A stretch of 64,000 bases of DNA, taken from the human T2T-CHM13v2.0 reference genome, Homo sapiens. Made by a program: the position numbers and the translations under genes. The stretch spans positions 7,296,001 through 7,360,000 of the forward strand of contig CP068257.2 of the NCBI GenBank assembly GCA_009914755.4. The letters are read 5' to 3'. This document shows, in pieces, positions 57,600 to 64,000 of the stretch (position 1 is the first letter of the stretch; each line of letters begins with the position of its first letter). The notes under the pieces are model-generated. The model worked only from the letters and a program-made list of their open reading frames with translations. It did not search any database and was not told the DNA's origin.

Positions 57600-60500
57600 A
57601 ATGGAATGGAATGGAATGGAATGGAAGGGAATGGAATGGAATGGAATGGAATCAACTGGAATGGAATGAATGGAATGGAATGGAATGGAAATGAATGGAA
57701 TGGAATGGAATCAACTAGAATGGAATGGAATGGAATGGAATGGAATGGAATGGAAAGCAATGGAATGGAATCAACCCGCATGGAATGGAATGGAATGGAA
57801 TGGTATCAAATGGAATGGAATGGAAAGGAATGGAATAGAATGGAATGGATTGGAATGGAATGGAATGGAATCAACCCGAGAGGAATGGAATGGAATGGAA
57901 CAGTGTTATCCCGAGTGGAATTAAATGGAATGGAATCAACCCGAGTGCAATGGAATGGAATGGAATGGAATGGAATGGATAGGAATGGAAAGGAATGGAA
58001 TGGAATGGAATGGAATGGAATGGAATGAACTGGAATGGAATGGAATGGAATGAAATCAAACAGAGTGGAATGGAATGGAATGGAAAAGAATGGAATCAAC
58101 TGGAATGGAATGAATTGGAATGGAATGGAATGGAATGAAATGGAATGGAATGGAATCAACCCGAGTGGAATGCAAAGGAATGGAAAGGAATGGAATGGAA
58201 TGGAATGCAATCAACCCTAGTGGAAATGAATGGAATGGCATCGAATGCAGTGGAATCAACTAGAATGGAATGGAATAGAATGGAATGGAATGGAACGGAA
58301 TCAACCTCTGTGGAATGGAATGGAATGGAATGGAATGAATGGAATGCAATGAATGGAAACTAATGGAATTGAATAGAAACAACGCCAGAGGAAGGGAATG
58401 CTTGTAATGCAATGGAATGGAATGGAATGGAATGGAATGGAATTCAACATAATGGAAGCAAACCAAGTGCAATGGAATGGAATGGAAAGCACTGAAATGT
58501 CATGGAATGGATTGGAATCAACCAGATTCCATTGCAATGGAATGGAATGGAACGGAAGGGAATGGAATGGGATGGAAAGGAATGGAATGAACTGGAATGG
58601 AATGGAATGGAAAGGAACGGAATATAATTGAATGGAATGGAATGGAATCAATCCAAGTGGAGTGGAATGGAATGGAACGGAAATGAATGGAATGGAATGG
58701 AACGTAATGGAATTAACTCGAGGTGAATGGAATGGAATGGGATGGAATGGAATGGAATCATCCCCAGTGAAAAGGAATGGAAAGGAATGGAATGGGATGG
58801 AATGGAATGGAATCATCCCCAGTGAAAAGGAATGGAAAGGAATGCAATGGAATGGAAAGGAATGCATTGGAATCAACTACAATTGAATGGAATGGAATGG
58901 AATGCATTGGAATCAACTGGAATGGAATGGAATGGAATGGAATGCATTGGAATCAACTGGAATAGAATGGAATGGAATGGAATGGAATGGAATGGAAAGG
59001 AACGGAATATAATTGAATGGAATGGAATGGAATCAATCCAAGTGGAGTGGAATGGAATGGAACGGAAATGAATGGAATGGAATGGAACGTAATGGAATTA
59101 ACTCGAGGTGAATGGAATGGAATGGGATGGAATGGAATGGAATCATCCCCAGTGAAAAGGAATGGAAAGGAATGGAATGGGATGGAATGGAATGGAATAA
59201 TCCCCAGTGAAAAGGAATGGAAAGGAATGCAATGGAATGGAATGGAATGCATTGGAATCAACTAGAATTGAATGGAATGGAATGGAATGCATTGGAATCA
59301 ACTGGAATGGAATGGAATGGAATGGAATGCATTGGAATCAACTGGAATAGAATGGAATGGAATGCAATGGAATGGAATGGAATGGAATGGAATGGAATGG
59401 AATGGAACGAAATCAATCCGGGTTGAATGGAATGGAATGGAATGGAGTGGAATGGAACACAATGGAGTGGAATGGAATGGAATGGAAAAGAATGGAGTCA
59501 AACCGAATGGAATGGAATGGAATGGTATGGAATGGAATGGAATGGAATGGAATGGAATGGAATGCAACGGAATGCTATGGAATCAACCCGAGTGGAATGG
59601 AAATGAATGGAATGGAATGGATTCAACCAAGTGGAATGGAATGGAATGGAATGCAACGGAATCAACCCAAGTGGAATGGAATGGAAAGGAATGGAATGGA
59701 AAGGAATGGAATGGAATGGAATGGAAAGGAATGGAAAGGAATCAACCAAAGAGGAAAGGAATGGAATGGAATCAACCCTTGTGTAAAGGAATGGAATGGA
59801 ATTGAAAGTAATGGAATGGAATAGTATAGAATCAAACGGAGTGGAATGGTATGGAATGGAATGGAATGGAACGGAATGGACTGGAATAAAATGGAATGGA
59901 ATGGAATGGAATCAACCCCACGGAAATAGAATGGAATATAATGGAATGGAATAAACCCGAGTAGAATAGAATGGAATGGAATGGAATGGAATGGAATGGA
60001 ATGAAATGGAATGTCATGGAATGGAATGCAATGGAATGTCATGGAATGGAATGGAATGGAATGGAATTAACCAGAGTGGAATGGAACTGAATGGAATGGA
60101 ATGGAATGGGATGCAATGGAATGGAATGGAATGGAATGGAATGGAATCAACCCGAGTGTAATGGAACGGAATGGAATGGAATGGAATGGAATGGAATGGA
60201 ATGGAATGGAATGGAATGGAATGGAATGGAAAGGAATGGCATGGAATGGAATGGAATGCAATCTGCCTGAGTGGAATGGAATGTAATGGAATGCAATGGA
60301 ATGGAATGGAAAGTAATGGAACGGAAAAGAATGGATTGGAATAAAATGGAATGAACCTGAATGGAATGGAAGGAATGAACGCGAATGGAATGGAATTGAA
60401 TGGAACGGATTGGAATGGAATGGAATGGAATGGAATCAAACCAAGTGGAAAGGAATGGAATGGAATGGAGTGGAATGGAAAGGAATTGAATGGAATGGAA

Positions 60501-61200
60501 TAGAATGGAATGGAATGGAATGGAATCAATCGGAATGGAATGGAATGGAATGGAATGGAAAGGAATGGAATGCTATGGAATCAACCCGAGTGTAATGTAA
60601 ATGAATGGAATGGAATGGAATGGAATTGAAAGGAATGGAATGGAATGGAATAGAATGGAATCAACCAGAATGGGATGGAAAGGAATGGAATGGAATGGAA
60701 TGGAATGCTATGGAATCAACCCGAGTGTAATGGAAATGAAAGGAATGGAATGGAATGGAAAGGAATGGAATGGAATGGAATCAACCCAAGTGCAATGGAA
60801 TGGAATAGAATGCAAAGGAATCAACCCGAGTGGAATAGAATAGAAAGGCATGCAATGGAATGGAATGGAAAGCAACAGAATGGAATCAACCCGACTGCAA
60901 TGGAATGGAATGGAAAGGAATGAAGGGAATGGAATGGAATTGAAAGGTATGGAATCAACCCGAATGGAATGGAATGGAATGGAATGGATTGGAGTGGAAT
61001 GGAGTGGAATGGAAAGCAATGCAATGGAATGGAATGGATTAGAATGGAATGGAAAGGAATGGAATTGAATGGCATGGAATGAACCCGAATTCAATGGAAT
61101 GGAATGGAATGGAATGGAATGGAATGGAATGGAATAGAATCAAATCGAGTGGAATGGAATGTAATGGAATTGGGTGGAATGGAATGGAATTGAATGGAAT
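57600..61200. repeat. 3.58-3.60 kb higher-order repeat, copy 1
   Basis: tcaacctctgtgg occurs at 58301 and 61904 (offset 3603). aacgccagaggaagggaatgctt[g/a]taatgc occurs at 58381 and 61984 (3603). The next block is 3598 apart because copy 2 has one fewer GGAAT. ORF pairs 58632/62230 (3598), 59017/62610 (3593) and 59976/63573 (3597) agree. aatgaacctgaatggaatggaaggaatgaacgcgaatgg occurs at 60351 and 63933 (3582). Compared stretches differ by about 1 base per 100-150 bp. Confidence 0.75.
58632..59400. repeat. Nested ~385 bp tandem duplication inside the 3.6 kb unit (mirrored at 62230-63000)
   Basis: ORFs 58632 and 59017 encode the same peptide up to the final residues (MEWNGINPSGVEWNGTEMNGMEWNVMELTRGEWNGMGWNGMESSPVKRNGKEWNGMEWNGIIPSEKEWKGMQWNG[KM]ECIGIN, 385 bp apart). 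ORFs 58832 and 59217 are near-identical. The motif catccccagtgaaaaggaatggaaaggaatg occurs twice per copy. Confidence 0.65.
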
Positions 61201-64000
61201 GGAATGGAATGGAATGGAATGGAAGGGAATGGAATGGAATGGAATGTAATCAACTGGAATGGAATGAATGGAATGGAATGGAATGGAAATGAATGGAATG
61301 GAATGGAATCAACTAGAATGGAATGGAATGGAATGGAATGGAATGGAAAGCAATGGAATGGAATCAACCCGCATGGAATGGAATGGAATGGAATGGTATC
61401 AAATGGAATGGAATGGAATGGAATGGAATAGAATGGAATGGATTGGAATGGAATGGAATGGAATCAACCCGAGAGGAATGGAATGGAATGGAACAGTGTT
61501 ATCCCGAGTGGAATTAAATGGAATGGAATCAACCCGAGTGCAATGGAATGGAATGGAATGGAATGGAATGGATAGGAATGGAAAGGAATGGAATGGAATG
61601 GAATGGAATGGAATGGAATGGAATGGAATGAACTGGAATGGAATGGAATGGAATGAAATCAAACAGAGTGGAATGGAATGGAATGGAAAAGAATGGAATC
61701 AACTGGAATGGAATGAATTGGAATGGAATGGAATGGAATGAAATGGAATGGAATGGAATCAACCCGAGTGGAATGCAAAGGAATGGAAAGGAATGGAATG
61801 GAATGGAATGCAATCAACCCTAGTGGAAAGGAATGGAATGGCATCGAATGCAGTGGAATCAACTAGAATGGAATGGAATAGAATGGAATGGAATGGAACG
61901 GAATCAACCTCTGTGGAATGGAATGGAATGGAATGGAATGAATGGAATGCAATGAATGGAAACTAATGGAATTGAATAGAAACAACGCCAGAGGAAGGGA
62001 ATGCTTATAATGCAATGGAATGGAATGGAATGGAATGGAATTCAACATAATGGAAACAAACCAAGTGCAATGGAATGGAATGGAAAGCACTGAAATGTAA
62101 TGGAATGGATTGGAATCAACCAGATTCCATTGCAATGGAATGGAATGGAACGGAAGGGAATGGAATGGGATGGAAAGGAATGGAATGAACTGGAATGGAA
62201 TGGAATGGAAAGGAACGGAATATAATTGAATGGAATGGAATGGAATCAATCCAAGTGGAGTGGAATGGAATGGAACGGAAATGAATGGAATGGAATGGAA
62301 CGTAATGGAATTAACTCGAGGTGAATGGAATGGAATGGGATGGAATGGAATGGAATCATCCCCAGTGAAAAGGAATGGAAAGGAATGGAATGGGATGGAA
62401 TGGAATGGAATCATCCCCAGTGAAAAGGAATGGAAAGGAATGCAATGGAATGGAAAGGAATGCATTGGAATCAACTACAATTGAATGGAATGGAATGGAA
62501 TGCATTGGAATCAACTGGAATGGAATGGAATGGAATGGAATGCATTGGAATCAACTGGAATAGAATGGAATGGAATGGAATGGAATGGAAAGGAACGGAA
62601 TATAATTGAATGGAATGGAATGGAATCAATCCAAGTGGAGTGGAATGGAATGGAACGGAAATGAATGGAATGGAATGGAACGTAATGGAATTAACTCGAG
62701 GTGAATGGAATGGAATGGGATGGAATGGAATGGAATCATCCCCAGTGAAAAGGAATGGAAAGGAATGGAATGGGATGGAATGGAATGGAATAATCCCCAG
62801 TGAAAAGGAATGGAAAGGAATGCAATGGAATGGAATGGAATGCATTGGAATCAACTAGAATTGAATGGAATGGAATGGAATGCATTGGAATCAACTGGAA
62901 TGGAATGGAATGGAATGGAATGCATTGGAATCAACTGGAATAGAATGGAATGGAATGCAATGGAATGGAATGGAATGGAATGGAATGGAATGGAATGGAA
63001 TGGAACGAAATCAATCCGGGTTGAATGGAATGGAATGGAATGGAGTGGAATGGAACACAACGGAGTGGAATGGAATGGAATGGAAAAGAATGGAGTCAAA
63101 CCGAATGGAATGGAATGGAATGGTATGGAATGGAATGGAATGGAATGTAATGGAATGGAATGGAATGCAACGGAATGCTATGGAATCAACCCGAGTGGAA
63201 TGGAAATGAATGGAATGGAATGGATTCAACCAAGTGGAATGGAATGGAATGGAATGCAACGGAATCAACCCAAGTGGAATGGAATGGAAAGGAATGGAAT
63301 GGAAAGGAATGGAATGGAATGGAATGGAAAGGAATGGAAAGGAATCAACCAAAGAGGAAAGGAATGGAATGGAATCAACCCTTGTGTAAAGGAATGGAAT
63401 GGAATTGAAAGTAATGGAATGGAATAGTATAGTATCAAACGGAGTGGAATGGTATGGAATGGAATGGAATGGAACGGAATGGACTGGAATAAATGGAATG
63501 GAATGGAATGGAATCAACCCCACGGAAATAGAATGGAATATAATGGAATGGAATAAACCCGAGTAGAACAGAATGGAATGGAATGGAATGGAATGGAATG
63601 AAATGGAATGTCATGGAATGGAATGCAATGGAATGTCATGGAATGGAATGGAATGGAATGGAATCAACCAGAGTGGAATGGAACTGAATGGAATGGAATG
63701 GAATGGAATGGGATGCAATGGAATGGAATGGAATGGAATGGAATCAACCCGAGTGTAATGGAACGGAATGGAATGGAATGGAATGGAATGGAATGGAATG
63801 GAATGGAATGGAAAGGAATGGCATGGAATGGAATGGAATGCAATCAGCCTGAGTGGAATGGAATGTAATGGAATGCAATGGAATGGAATGGAAAGTAATG
63901 GAACGGAAAAGAATGGATTGGAATAAAATGGAATGAACCTGAATGGAATGGAAGGAATGAACGCGAATGGAATGGAATTGAATGGAACGGATTGGAATGG
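61200..64000. repeat. 3.58-3.60 kb higher-order repeat, copy 2 (truncated by the window end)
   Basis: See copy 1. Confidence 0.75.

Larger units (their letters stand above)
1..64000 (+). repeat. Human satellite III (HSat3/SATIII) pericentromeric satellite array: (GGAAT)n interrupted by CAACCCGAGT-type 10-mers. The G-rich strand is + throughout.
   Basis: Direct reading: the great majority of bases are GGAAT pentamers. The unit ggaatCAACCCGAGTggaatgg recurs every ~50-90 bp, with variants CAACACGAAT, CAACCTGAGT, CAACCCAAGTGCAATGG and CATCCCGAGT. GC is about 40%. The ORF track shows MEWNG-type peptides only on + and IPFHS-type only on -, so orientation is uniform with no inversion. There is no 171 bp alpha-satellite periodicity and no HSat2-like CATTCGATTC divergence. 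Confidence 0.95.

Noticed and set aside
1-64000. Hundreds of overlapping six-frame ORFs (60-448 aa) encoding MEWNG / IPFHS pentapeptide repeats
   Set aside because: They come from a 5 bp repeat that has no stop codon in any frame. The ORFs overlap each other in all frames, have no start or RBS context, and have extreme low-complexity composition. They are not genes.
1-64000. A prokaryotic accessory region, defence island or novel system, as hinted by the task framing
   Set aside because: The sequence is eukaryotic pericentromeric satellite (HSat3). It contains no unique sequence at all, so there is nothing for an operon to sit in.
1-64000. A CRISPR array (regularly spaced direct repeats)
   Set aside because: The periodicity is 5 bp with 10 bp interruptions. 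There are no 28-37 bp repeats separated by unique spacers, no leader, and no cas genes.
1-64000. Alpha satellite or HSat2 instead of HSat3
   Set aside because: There is no 171 bp periodicity and no CENP-B box. HSat2 is a much more diverged CATTCGATTCCATTC-type sequence without long perfect GGAAT runs or the CAACCCGAGT 10-mer.
1-64000. Telomeric or interstitial (TTAGGG)n, rDNA, tRNA, or a transposable element (Alu/L1) embedded in the array
   Set aside because: None was seen on reading through the window. No non-satellite island longer than a few bp was found, although a systematic RepeatMasker run would be the definitive check.
57600-64000. A firm assignment of the 3.6 kb HOR to Y-chromosome DYZ1
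   Set aside because: The only evidence is the matching unit length. The rest of the window has a different organisation, and no DYZ2/HSat1 is present. It is kept only as a testable hypothesis.

Overview
The whole 64 kb window is tandem satellite DNA of the human satellite III (HSat3 / SATIII) type. It consists of (GGAAT)n pentamer tracts, all with the G-rich strand on +, interrupted every ~50-90 bp by the diagnostic CAACCCGAGT-type 10-mer and its variants (CAACACGAAT, CAACCTGAGT, CAACCCAAGTGCAATGG, CATCCCGAGT). I cannot support any protein-coding gene, RNA gene, mobile element, CRISPR array or defence/biosynthetic system. The sequence is eukaryotic pericentromeric satellite, so I do not think the window contains the 'undescribed system' the prompt suggests. 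Every ORF in the six-frame track is an artefact, because the GGAAT/ATTCC pentamer has no stop codon in any of the six frames. What is worth describing is the higher-order organisation, recovered from recurring ORF-peptide anchors and checked on the nucleotide sequence at selected anchor points. (a) Positions 2.7-44.6 kb are a mosaic of two alternating module types: a ~4.9 kb 'type I' module with a fixed order of sub-blocks, and a 3.5-5.4 kb 'type II' module. These give a ~9.3 kb super-repeat (14.5-33.2 kb), a 9.1 kb-offset duplicate pair (2.7-5.0 kb and 11.8-14.1 kb), and four type I copies whose flanks differ, as expected from unequal crossing-over. (b) Positions 44.6-57.5 kb are a more divergent domain with a 4.5-6.1 kb X-Y / X'-Z-Y' duplication and ~310-370 bp sub-repeats. 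(c) Positions 57.6-64.0 kb carry ~1.8 copies of a highly homogeneous 3.58-3.60 kb higher-order repeat with a nested 385 bp duplication. All coordinates of block boundaries are approximate (+/- ~100 bp), because they were located by eye from peptide and sequence anchors.
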